A stretch of DNA of 64,000 nt from Orbicella franksi. Lineage: Eukaryota. Positions 26,127 to 36,905 of the stretch are shown here, in pieces (positions within the stretch are counted from its first letter, which is position 1; each line of letters starts with the position of its first letter). The position numbers and the translations under genes are program-made. The stretch covers positions 310,001-374,000 of the forward strand of contig OZ116707.1 of the NCBI GenBank assembly GCA_964199315.1, given 5' to 3'. The notes under the pieces are model-generated. The model had not been told where the DNA came from. It did no database searches and saw only the letters and a program-made list of their open reading frames with translations.

Positions 26127-26689
26127 TGTTGCAGCAAGATATTGACCTTGTGCCCTGCAATTCAAGAATAGTCGACACTGGTTCCTGCTTGCTTTATTGC
26201 CTAAACAATTCCAAGTTCTGGTGCTGGATAGCACGGCAAGAAGCTTTATCAAGCCAACAGCCAAAAAAGCCATCACAAAGATGTGGATGTTACTCGATGA
26301 GTTGGATGTTACCATTGATGCCAGTCACTGGAAATTCATTGCAAACAAGCCCACTGACATTCCTCAACAGCAGAATGACTTTAACTGTGGATTCTACGTT
26401 TGCATGTGTGCTAGATGTCTGGCACCGCAACACCTCATGCCTGACCATATATCCAGTGGTAGAAAAATTATGATTCTAGAGCTGCACCAAGGACAACTCC
26501 ATCCCTATCTCCAGTGAAGATGTTTTAGCTTATGAATGAACAGATTTATGAACAACACTGAATTTCTTAACTAAACATTTATTTCTTTTTCAAAGTTATT
26601 GTGTAAATGGACTTCGATTAAGCCTCTCAGTAGTGTCAGAAAATTTCTGACCTATCTGTTAATGAGGCATTTGTTTGCCTAATTGAACA

Positions 26690-27696
26690 TTTAGTGAAAA
26701 TCTAATTATTAATCTGCTGTTTCCTTGGGTAAATTTTACCTGGCACTGTGGATCCACTGGGGCATTTACTTGCCTGTGGTTAATTCTAATGATTTCTTTT
26801 ACAAATGTTAATAAGACTTTCAAACAGCAATCATTGAGAATTCAATCATTAATCTGCTGTTTCCTTGGTTAAATTTTACCTGGCACAGTAGACTCACTGG
26901 GGCACTTACTTGCCTGTGCTTAATTCTAATAATTGTTTCTACAAATGTAAATAAGACTTTCAAATAACAATCAGTGGGAATCTAAACATTAACCTGCTGT
27001 TTCCTTGGGTAAATTTCACCTGGCACAGTAGATCCATTGGGGCATTTACTTGCCTGTGATTAATTCTAATAATTGTTTTTACAAATGTAAATAAGGCTTT
27101 CAAATAACAGTCAGTGAAAATGTAATCATTAATCTGCTGTTCCCTTGGGTAAACTTTACCTGGCACAGTAGACCTACTGGGGCATTTAGTTGCTTGTGGT
27201 TAAACCTAATTTTTTCACAAATGTAAATAAGACTTTCAAATAACAGTCAGTGAGAATCTAATCATTAATCTACTGTTTCCTTGGGTGAATTTCACCTGGC
27301 ACAGTAGATCCACTGGGGCATTTACTTGCCTGTGGTTAAGTCTAACGATTGCTTTCACAAATGTAAATAAGACTTTTCAAATAACAATCAATGAGAATCT
27401 AATCATCAATCTGCTGTTTCCTTGGGTAAATTTCACCTGGCACAGTAGACCACTGGGGCATTCACTTACCTGTGGTTAAATCCAATAATTGTTTTTATAA
27501 ATGCAAATAAGACTTTCAAATAACAATCAATGAAAATGTAATCATCAATCTGCTGTTTCATTGGGTAAATTTTACCTGGCACAGTAGACCCACTGGGGCA
27601 TTTACTTGCCTGTGGTAAATTCTAATAATTGTTTTTACAAATGTACATAAGACTTTCAAATAACAATAATTGAGAATCTAATTATTAATCTGCTGT
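26690..27696. repeat. Tandem array of an about 140-bp unit, 7 copies plus a partial
   Basis: AATCTGCTGT-type anchor at 26711, 26851, 26991, 27131, 27267, 27408, 27547 and 27687. Confidence 0.95.
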
Positions 27697-27926
27697 AGTA
27701 TTTATCCATATTTATCTACTGCTGGCTCAAAGAGTATTAACAAAATGATGTTTTCTGAAGAGAAAAATTAAACAGCCAGAAGTACATGTACTGTGCATGC
27801 AATTTATCTGTTGCTTTTGATTCTTATTATTTATTTATATTTTCTACAAATCAACTATTTGAAATCGTCAATTTTGATTGTAAATGTTGCTCTACTTAAG
27901 ATAAGTTATCAGCAACAAATGTTCTT

Positions 27927-28450
27927 TTAAGGATTGTCAATTTGTAAACATGACTTTTGCCACGTACAAGCGGAGAGCAAGCTTTCCTCTATGCTGGTTG
28001 GTATAAATGTCTGGCCACCAAAATACCTCGAATTCCTGGGTTGCTCTTCCCTCGCCATAGCCGACCACCAACGATGCCCTGCATGTCGGTTGCTGGCTCT
28101 GTTGGCCAGTAAACCCTGACGCATTTGCTTTTGCTTGGGCATTAGCAGACATACCAGTGAGTCGACCTGGATTGCAGTTGTCAACTGCCTCCTCTCCCCT
28201 GAAAGATTTATTGGTGGTGAAGGGTGTGGAGCTGTCATTAAAGACTGCTTTTGCCTCCTCCTGCACGAAGCACTTCCATGAAAATTGGCAGGTCTTTTTT
28301 CCAAACAGGTGGTCTCCAGTGGGAGCGTTCATCTATTTTGTTCAGAAATGCGCTTTTCAAACACTTTAATATCAGGTGCAAAAATTGAATGGGACAGTTG
28401 AATCGTCCAATTCTTCCCCACTTTCCTGCAATGAAATGTTAATAGAGTTA
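27927..28450 (-). pseudogene. Unknown protein remnant, convergent with paralog B
   Basis: Protein-like frames FLHLILKCLKSAFLNKIDERSHWRPPVWKKDLPIFMEVLRAGGGK, then after a frameshift VFNDSSTPF...SLVVGYGEGRATQEFEVFWWPDIYTNQHRGKLALRLYVAKVM. No family recognised. Confidence 0.35.
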
Positions 28451-29179
28451 TGTCACTAAGACCAAGCAATGTGTATTCAAAAGATATTATTGCTTCCTTT
28501 GGGCATAGGTAAGTCTGTTCCACCTTTATAGACTCCATGGCGAATAAACAGACTGCTCGCGCAAATGTCACCTTACACGAGGAAACTCGGCACGAGTAAC
28601 AGCACATTGTTACATGTATTTGAGCTATTTTAAGTCTCACTTTAATGCCAGATTCACACATTACGAATAGAAATTACTTCACCAGACTATTGGATGCTTG
28701 ACTCAAAAATCAAACTAGTTATTTCTCTTACCTGATACTTTGGGGTGCAGAGCCGAGTTAATGCTTTCTCCCACTCCGCTTAACCACACTTTATACTCGC
28801 ACTGAAGAGTTGAGCTTGGGGTTCCACGATAAGGATCTGGAACTGCAATTATTTCCTGCCCACCTTAAAATGGTAGCTGTTTTACTGAATTAGCGCTGCA
28901 GTGCTTTGATTGCCTCTGTTTAAATAAGGCTGTTGTCGAATTGAATTTCAAATTGCAAGTTTGAGTCACAGTTTGTTTTGCATGGAGCCATTTTGCAATT
29001 TGAAGTGAGTTTGTAATTGATCTTGTGCTGTGATTATCACACCTAGGAACCAACCAATCACAGCCTTGGATCAGGTTGTTAAATAAGTGTTGTTAGCATT
29101 GTAACAGTGACACTTTTTTAGAGCAGTGTGCTCTAAGTATTTATAATCAGTAGATAAGTAGAGCATATTCAAAAGTGAT

Positions 29180-29888
29180 ATGGATCCTGACGAGCAAGAC
29201 AAATATAAGGCTTTATTTCAAAAACCTCTGCAAAGAACAGAAGAAACGTCGACAAAAGAGGAAGAAAGAAGAATTACAGAGAAGTCAAGAAGAGAGAAGA
29301 AAAGAGCAGTTTGAAGCTTTGGTGCAAAATGTCAGGCAAAGAGTTGCAGCGGGCGAAGATCTGAAACAATGGGAAACCAACAAATTGGCAGAGCTTTTTG
29401 CGAACAATATCTATGTAGTCAGCATCTGTCCATTCCGTAACGTGCCAGTTAGTGGGAGTGGAAATTGCATGGTGACAACCAAGGAACAGTCTGAGAGGAT
29501 GGACATGGAATGAAGGCAAGCGGTAAGCCAGATTATGTCGGTGGTTTGACAGCCCGCAAGTTCAACACCAAAATTGGAGAGGGAGAGACACCAGCTCACT
29601 GAGATTGACCCAAAGAACATTGTTTTACTGGGAAAAACCATCAGAAAGGGAACATTTGGCACTTGCCAACTCGCTGACTATAGAAGCATGACCATTGTTC
29701 CCAAACAGTTCACGGAAATTAGTGGCAAGGAGCATTCATTTGAAAGACAGAAAAAAGAAGTCTTGAAGAAGCAGGGGTGATCTCCGGGCTAGGAGATAAC
29801 CAAGGCTTACCACTCCTTTTTGACGTCCAAACACAGGCAGCACCATGCAGTATTGTTCTGAAGTTCTTTGGCCACAAAGACTCAAGTG
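29180..29888 (+). pseudogene. Coiled-coil plus protein-kinase N-lobe fragment (truncated)
   Basis: KGTFGTCQLADYRSMTIVPKQF (Gly-loop and VAIK-like lysine), EVLK/EAGVISGLGDNQGLPLLF. Stops and frameshifts; ends at the hairpin at 29889. Confidence 0.65.
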
Positions 29889-29992
29889 AGTAGTAGATGG
29901 AGGGTCTGACAAATACCGGCAAAATTTTGCCGGCTCGGCTAACCTTGGCGGCAAAATTTTGCCGGTATTTGTCAGACCCTCCATCTACTACT
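29889..29992. repeat. Perfect 43-bp-arm hairpin (minimal MITE-like, TAG termini)
   Basis: 29889-29931 is the exact reverse complement of 29950-29992, with an 18-bp spacer. No TSD found. Confidence 0.9.
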
Positions 29993-30057
29993 GAAGGCAC
30001 GCGCCGCAGTCTGATGTCACACAACCCATTTGAACACTTGCCTACCCTGGGAATAAG

Positions 30058-30648
30058 ATGCCTCTTATAATCAATGCCAACAGACCTACGACAGCTGCTC
30101 TTCTTGGACTCACGCAAGTGCCCACTGTGGTGCTCATCGACATCACTGAGCCGCCGACAAACTATCTTGCCGGCCTTGCTTATCCACCACAGCCTCCGCT
30201 GATCAAGGTCGCTGACACACTGCCTCACCATCCTTGGTATTTTGGAAAACCAGCGGGTGACAAATATATCACCATCGACAGGGTTTCATTGAAAAAATTG
30301 CCCAGCATGTGGCTGTTGTGGGATTACCGTTGCGAGGCATGTGGCAAAACGTTCACCCAATGCCACACAATGCATGAGCACCGCAGATACCGCTGTAAAA
30401 ACCTTGCCACTGAAAAAAGACCGAAAGTGGAGTGTCCAAACTGCGAGAAAATGTTGAGCAAAAAGGGCGTGTACCAGCACCTCAGAAATGGCTGCAGCCT
30501 ACTGAGACCACCACCAAAAGACCTGAAAACCCTGTGCCCAAACTGCAAAATGTTGTCGAAAGCAGCTGTTTACAAGCACTGCAGAAATGGCTGCCCCCCC
30601 TGCAGCGGTAAAAAAAAAAATGTAAAAAAACCTCCGCCACATTGCTAA
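30058..30648 (+). CDS. Intronless zinc-finger protein (C2H2/C2HC-type repeats)
   Basis: 196-aa open frame: YRCEACGKTFTQCHTMHEHRRYRC, VECPNCEKMLSKKGVYQHLRNGC, TLCPNCKMLSKAAVYKHCRNGC. Confidence 0.6.
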   Translation: MPLIINANRPTTAALLGLTQVPTVVLIDITEPPTNYLAGLAYPPQPPLIKVADTLPHHPWYFGKPAGDKYITIDRVSLKKLPSMWLLWDYRCEACGKTFTQCHTMHEHRRYRCKNLATEKRPKVECPNCEKMLSKKGVYQHLRNGCSLLRPPPKDLKTLCPNCKMLSKAAVYKHCRNGCPPCSGKKKNVKKPPPHC

Positions 30649-30726
30649 ATGAAGGTGTTGTGGATTTTTTTTCTGCACTGCTTCAAGGTCTTCAGTCAAT
30701 TAAACACGCCCAGGGGTTTGCTATAA

Positions 30727-31186
30727 ATGGCCGCCATCCGCACCCGAGTAACTGACAGCCAATTTTGAAGAAAGGTGTAACAAGGTAAATGAAGCCCTTG
30801 AAGAAATGTACACCCACTTGGAAAAGCTGGAAGAGTCTAACAAACTTTTAATAAGTTTTGCCTAATTTGGTGCGGGCTTTTTGGCTGCGAAGATAGTGAT
30901 CGCTGTGATGAGGCTAGCTTTTGGACTTGACAAAAAAGAAAGCAATATAAGCTTGACAAGTCTTAGCCATAACAGAATGGGCTGCGGAAGAAGAGGACCA
31001 GTTGATCAAAGCCAAAAGAAGCAAAAAATTTCCAAATACCCAAGAGATAGGAGGAAACAAGTGGTGGCACTTTGGAATGCAAATGAGGATAAAATTTTAT
31101 TATTTTTACCCACTGATGTTGTTGACAAGATGAAACGGATGAACCCACAAGAGGTTGCCAATATTCTCTTGTCAAAAGAAATGTAA
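30727..31186 (+). pseudogene. Small intronless ORF remnant of unknown function
   Basis: TATAAATGGCCGCC overlaps the ATG; frame MAAIRTRVTDSQF/EERCNKVNEALEEM...ILLSKEM* with a frameshift and a stop. Confidence 0.3.
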
Positions 31187-31559
31187 ACAGAGACATGCAT
31201 GTCTGAGGGTGTAATATTTTGCCCTGGGGCAATCAGCTGTTTATTTTTTCCACTCTAGTGGAAGCTCTTTGTTTTACCACGTTTCATGCTCGATTTTTCC
31301 TCGAAAAAAGGTGAAAAGTGTTGTTTTTGTTGTTTTTACTTTAATGATATTTTCTTAACTGCGTTTGATCTGGTTGCAAAGCATTCACTAAGTTCTACTT
31401 AAGTGACTACTGAACACCAAATTATCAGATAACAGTGTGTTATAGCTTTTATTACATCCTCCTTTGTGGACAAAACGTCATGTTAAATATATTACAAGAT
31501 GGTCTGAAGGGTTACATAACAAAATTTACATTGTATTTTTTTTACAAGCCTCCTGTGAG

Positions 31560-32235
31560 TCCTAATGGGCAACAGGCCTTTAGTGCGTGGGAAACCAGAA
31601 CAAACCATGGGCAACAAAAAAGTGGTTGCCCAAAGGGCAAATTAACTGCAACATTAGTATCAAATGCCAGTGTGGTGGCCCACACCTGCCACAGCTGTTT
31701 TGTATGTTTCTAACAGGATTTTTACCAATCCAACTGTCAAGGAGCACACCTGAAAAGTGGTTCAAATGTACCACTTTGCTCAAATTTTGCTGCTCAACTT
31801 ACCCAGGTACTTTTGGATGAAGACCTTAGGGATTTATTTGGCAAAACATTTTCGTACAAAACCATTTACCTTGGCAAGCTTCCAGATGGGGGGTTTGTCA
31901 TAGTTGAAGAATTTGTGGAAGATGAAATGGGCAACTTTTGTCAATAATGATGGAACACCTCACAAAAATAAAGAGCACGTGATGCTACAAAAAGCAGAAT
32001 GTTTGGTTCACATCTCTTCTGAGAAGTCAAATTATCAAGGTATGGTTGTGGATGTGCAGGGGTTGGCTATGAGCTGTTAGACCCAGATTTTCCCTCTGCT
32101 GAGTTAGTAGACAGCCAAAATGACATCCTGTTCACCACAGAGAACCTTTCTGCCAATGCTGTTGAAAACTTTAAAGTTAACCATACATGTAATTTTTATT
32201 GCAGATGTTTGGCACTGAAGACATTTTCAAGTTAA
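31560..32235 (+). pseudogene. Alpha-kinase (eEF2K/TRPM7-type) domain, frameshifted
   Basis: KVVQMYHFAQ, FVIVEEFVE, TFVNNDG, KAECLVHISSEKSN..MVVDVQG/VGYELLDP, NHTCNFYCRCLAL match the alpha-kinase HF...VVDxQG...DP...HxCNxxC signature. Confidence 0.8.
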
Positions 32236-34035
32236 AAAAAATTAACAAACTTTGTATTTACTAAGATTAAAGAGCAAAGACACCACAAAGGCTTAACAAA
32301 ATGTGACTTCAGTTCTCTGCTCAAGAAAAGGTTATTGATCCACTTTGTGACATATATTTTGCATTGATGATTTGTTGTAGTTTAAAAATACCTTCTGCTG
32401 AAGAAGTAACATGTGAAAGTATAGCAATAAAAAATGCAAGGGACTTCGAAGGAATGTTGCCTGTCCCAAAATTGATAACTGGAAATTGCACATTTTGCTT
32501 AGAAATGTAATAAGAAAATGAATCCCTGCAATGAAAAGAAATATTTCAAGTTATAAAACACATTTCTGATTCTAATACACATTTTGATAGCATTTTTTGT
32601 TTCCCAGGGGAATTTGCCAAGATTTGGGTTCTAAGCCCCTCAATCCAAGTTGGTTGTGTTGTTTGACTTGTTTCCTTATGAAAACCAAGTTTAGTCTTGT
32701 TTGTGTAAAATCAGTAGTAGATGACCTTTACTGATTTGCTACATCTGGCAGTCTTAAAATATTCAAGTGGCTATAAAAGGCCTAGTTTCTCTGTATTGAA
32801 TGTGTTTGGTTAAGTAATGCATTACTGACATAAAATTCAATTGGTGAGGTCATTTAGCCCATAAGAGGAAACAATGTTGAAGTATTGTTAACATTGCAAT
32901 GCTTGTTAAATCTTATGCTGCCATTTCTTTCTTTGGATGTTATATTAAAGATACTGTTGGATAAACAGTTTGTGAGAATTTCCTTTTTAAATACTTATAC
33001 GCCTCAGCACATTCTGCCAGTTATATGTGGTGCTCAACAGGCATAGCTATAACTCAGCCACATTTGGTCCTGAACTCAGGTTCCACAAAGTCATCATCAA
33101 TTTCTAAAACCACAAGTGTTGGCCAACCTTTTTCAACTGTTCCTCTGTGACTACAAAGCCTGTGAACAGTCAAACAAAATATGGTAAGTCATGGAGTATC
33201 CCCCCAAGGAAAAAAAACACCATTCAATAAGGGAATGTAGTGCATCCGGTTTAAACTGTAGATGTTTAAACCCCTATATCAAATTGAAGCCTATAGAGCT
33301 CACTATCTAACTGTACCAAAATGTTTGTAAAGAATGACTTTTACAACCTCTAAATGAGTGTCCGAGTCACCCTTTGAAAGCTACAAGTCAAAGTGAATTT
33401 TGTTTTTCGCTTATTTAATTTGTTCCTCATTTTCTGAAATGCAAAGTGCAAAAAAACATGTCTGTGATTTGCCATATTCAATTTCAGTGAAAAGATACAA
33501 AACATTTTCAAAATAGGATTAAACAAAATTGGAGTGAACATAGTAAAATCACTCTCAGAGAAAAACTAGTTGGAGATAAAAAAATTCGCAGACAGCTTTT
33601 TGCTGTTTATATAGCCAACTTTCTCATAGCAAACACTTCTTGTAAGCGACCACCTCCCGTAAGTGACCACTTTGCAAATAATCATTTGCTTCTCAGTCAG
33701 ATACTATTCCAAATGCTCTCTCATAAGCGACCACTACTCAAATTTCTCAAGCAAGCACAACCAGTTTTTAGGCCAGAAGTTTGACATATTCTTTTGTTTT
33801 CTGTTTCTAGTAAGCGACCACCCAACATGATCACATACGATCATTAGAGAATCTTTACTCAGAAGTTAAAAAAGTTCAGTTTGTAATAATGCTAACCGGA
33901 CCGATGACAGATAATAACAGTTTAAATACAAAGATGTCTATAATTAGATCTTGAGGTAAACAGGAATTGTTACAGTGATCTGTTCCGAAATGTTACACAA
34001 AGTTTCAGTAGAAGAATCAAAATATCTTCCAGGCA

Positions 34036-34300
34036 CTATTCAACGTCAAATATGTCAGTGCTTTCAATCTTTCTCTCAAGCAATGGACTAGAAATATCAC
34101 TATCTCTGTAGAAAATGTAACTGCAGGGATTTTCCAGTCCATAACCTGCTTGTCAATTCACACGTTTTCCTGTTATAATGGCCTTTCCATTGTTGGTCCT
34201 TCACTTCAGAATTTTGCTAACATTCTGAGACATTTGTAATGGTAAGTGGCCAACAATCTCATCTGCTCTCAATGTTACGAAACAGTTTTTAAGCGGAAAT
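34036..34300 (-). pseudogene. HIRAN-like domain remnant in Tigger element 3
   Basis: LRADEIVGHLPLQMSQNVSKILK*RTNNGKAIITGKRVN*QAGYGLENPCSYIF. Confidence 0.7.
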
Positions 34301-35124
34301 GTGAAGCCATTAGCCCTAAACAGAAGTGTGTTACGCGTGACATAGGCTAGTACATCTGGGGTAATTGTACACGAGGGAGAAACGTTAAAGAACGGAGAAA
34401 AAGGACTGTATGAGTTGTTCAGCAACGAAATACAATGTTTTGAAGTGCTACACGTTTATTGTGGTGTTATATGGGGCTGGGGTAACATCAACACCGTGTT
34501 GGGATGTTTGGCTTCTGGAAAATTTCTCGACAGTGGCGTCACTACAGCAACCGCATTTCCGTCTTTTTCAGACTGGCTCATGTTTCAGTATATGTTGCTC
34601 ACCAATCTTTTGAACCCATGTGGTTTCATCAATGTAGACATGATAACCTTGTATATGAATGAATGGACCATGATGCTTCAAAAATTCTTGTTCTCCATGT
34701 CTACTTCAAATGGAGTGAATTGATGCTGAATGAGAAGCAAATGAAGAAGATTTCAAGTTCTGTTACTGTGCATGTTCCACGTTAATTGTGTTGCTGTTCA
34801 ATTTTGATTGGTGTTGGCACTATGTATTCTTGCCACGCAAGCTAAAAATAGACTACTACTGGGAATTTCTCACACTTGTAACATCCATGTGTCCATAACA
34901 GAGGCATTATAGAGGTCTTAGAGATGAGGAACTTTTTTAAATGCGCGAGTCTTACGAAGTACATTTTTCTGGAGTGTACAAAACCTGTGTGTAACAAGTC
35001 TAAAGAATGCTCAGTACCTGCTAATGATGATAGCCTAGGCTGGAAAGCTGCTTTCTCGGTGGCTTGTTGCATTTCTTGCCCTAATGTGCTGACCCCGAAT
35101 GCCACCAAGTAAGCAAGAATCTCA

Positions 35125-36683
35125 GTGAAGGACAGCAAACCAGTTACAAAGAAATGCACTGCGAAGAAGCCACCAATGCCCTCAGAAGCTGATGCTGGTC
35201 AAACAGAATGTCTTTCTCTAAAGGAGAAACTAGAAGTCATCAGGAAATCTAATGAGGGTAACAGCACGAGGAAGTTAGTGCAAATGTTTGATTGCAGGAA
35301 AACACAGGTCCTCAAAATCCTGAAGCAGAAACCTAAGATTCTAGAATCATGGAACTCTCTAATGAAGGGGCTCAATCACAAGAGGTTGAATGTTGAAAAG
35401 TATGGTGAAATCGATTGTTTGTTGCGGAAATGGTATACCATAGCGAGAGTCAAATATCCCTGTTGATGGTGCCATGCTGGTTGGAGACGGGTGAATTACA
35501 GCCGAGAGAATTGGAGATGATACTTTTAAAGGAACAAGTGGCTGGCTAGACGAGTGGAAAAAGAGACAGGAAGAGGAAGAGGGAAGAGGAGATATAAGCC
35601 CCGACACCATAGACAGCTGGGACGAAAGAGTGAAAGAGCTAACTAGGAGCTACTCACCAAGAGATATATGGAATGAGGATGAAACTGGCGGCTTTTGGAT
35701 GGTGATGCCTCAGAAATTGCTCTCAAAAGGGGAACTGCTGTAGGGGCACCAAGAATGCGAAGCAGCAAATGACCGCTGTCTTCTTTGTGAATGCAGTGGG
35801 TAACAAAGAGGCCATTATTGTGACAGGAAATTGTAGATTACTGTACTGCTTTGCACATTTGGCAAATCCATGATACCCCTGTGGTGCCCAGTACTTCAGC
35901 AATGAGGAGTGAATGAGATCTAAGATAATGGTTACTGTCCTTACCAGTTTGAACAACCATCTGACATGTTCTCCAACATTAAAGTGGCCTTTCTACCGAA
36001 GAACACCACCTTGTGCATGCAGCCCCTGAATGTATAATCAAGGTGCGAAAGATATACTACAAAAGGAAGTTGTTGCAGCATATTTGTCAAGTTGACAGAG
36101 TGTTTTCCCAACGAGATAGTTTAGTCTGTGAACCTCCTAATGGATGTGCAATGGATGGTAAATGCACGGGACAAAAGCGATGTAATAAGTGTTTCAGGCA
36201 TGTTGGTATGTGCCCCTCAACCATGGATTTGGATGACGATGACAATGACAATAACCCATTTGCTGGTGAGGAGTTACTAGACTTTGAAGCCCTGGTGCAG
36301 AAGATGTCTAAGAAAGGTGTTGATATTGCCCCCTGTGCTGCCATCAACGATGACGCGGACGCCTATCACTCACCCACCGACCCTGGCTGAAGGGAGACCC
36401 TACGAGATGAGGTCATCACATCTCACCCAAACAGCGACAAGCCAGCTTCAGAGAGTGATGAATGATAGCAGTGATGATGCTCCTTTGCCAATGCCATTGG
36501 TGCAACAGTAAAGGGAACACTCTTCTATGCCAGATTGCCGAGTTTGCTGATTATTGGGATTGTGAAGACCTGTACACTGCAGTCACGAAAGTGTCTGATA
36601 TTCTTGTTGACATGACACTTAAGTCGCAGAGGCAATCAAGCATTTTAGACTTTGTGGATAAGCGGTTGACTGCAACTGTGTAA
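35125..36683 (+). pseudogene. Tigger transposase (HTH_psq, CENP-B HTH, DDE_1), degenerate
   Basis: LSLKEKLEVIRK...RKTQVLKILK; KYGEIDCLLRKWY; FKGTSGWLDEWKKR; IWNEDETG. Many frameshifts. Confidence 0.85.
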
Positions 36684-36905
36684 TAATAATACAGTATCTT
36701 GATTCCATGTATATGCAGATTGCTGAGTTTGCTGATTGTCTGGATTGTGAAGAGCTGTACATTGCAGTCATGAAAGTGTCTGATATTCTCGTTGACATGA
36801 GGTTTAAGTCACAGTAGCGATCAAGCATTCTAGACTTTGTGGATAAGCAGTTGACTGCAACTGTGTAATAATAATAATAATACAGTATCTTGATGCCATA
36901 TATAT
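36531..36905. repeat. About 185-bp tandem duplication at the 3' end of the Tigger ORF
   Basis: Two diverged copies of CAGATTGC(C/T)GAGTTTGCTGATT...TAATAATACAGTATCTTGAT. Confidence 0.85.

Larger units (their letters stand above)
1897..26517 (+). pseudogene. Paralog B: large multi-exon Transib/RAG1/Chapaev-like DDE transposase with C-terminal Ulp1/SENP protease (degenerate, interrupted by nested TEs)
   Basis: Predicted exons: about 1897/3086-4051, 4932-5149, 5709-5817, 5916-6018, 6422-6560, 7104-about 7185, 7516-7761, 17584-17735, 19041-19248, 21164-21254, 22024-22240, 22559-22645, 22852-23761 plus 26131-26517. Most junctions are GT/AG with compatible phase. Motifs: SVYPLAIGNCKENREEI, KFVVTLDYK (D at 6430), FCVFC (6538-6549), LHQET*NTEQLL (7554), SSMSG-PTKR, GDYSHLTVEH (22090-22107), SNQGFEAKHK (E at 22165). 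Several stops and frameshifts. The start (1897-3085) is uncertain. Confidence 0.8.
23560..26517 (+). pseudogene. Ulp1/SENP (peptidase C48) domain, split by a TIR insertion
   Basis: ENYLTNFVIESYLDL...HNAPLL|QQDIDLVPCNS/NSRHWFLLALL...VLVLDS...IPQQQNDFNCGFYVC. His (HWF), Asp (LDS), Gln and Cys (NCG) are present. One 1-nt frameshift near 26165. Confidence 0.85.

Noticed and set aside
26690-27696. CRISPR-like array
   Set aside because: The whole 140-bp unit is conserved with no unique spacers, the context is eukaryotic, and there are no cas genes.
28329-28332. ATGA stop/start overlap suggesting bacterial translational coupling
   Set aside because: Better explained by frameshifts in a decayed eukaryotic ORF; no Shine-Dalgarno site or bacterial context.
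32700-33170. Possible HECT-like or other coding remnant on the minus strand
   Set aside because: Too short and interrupted to support any assignment.
27927-33200. RAG2-like gene
   Set aside because: No Kelch GG repeats or PHD finger in any frame I translated; kept only as an unknown ORF.
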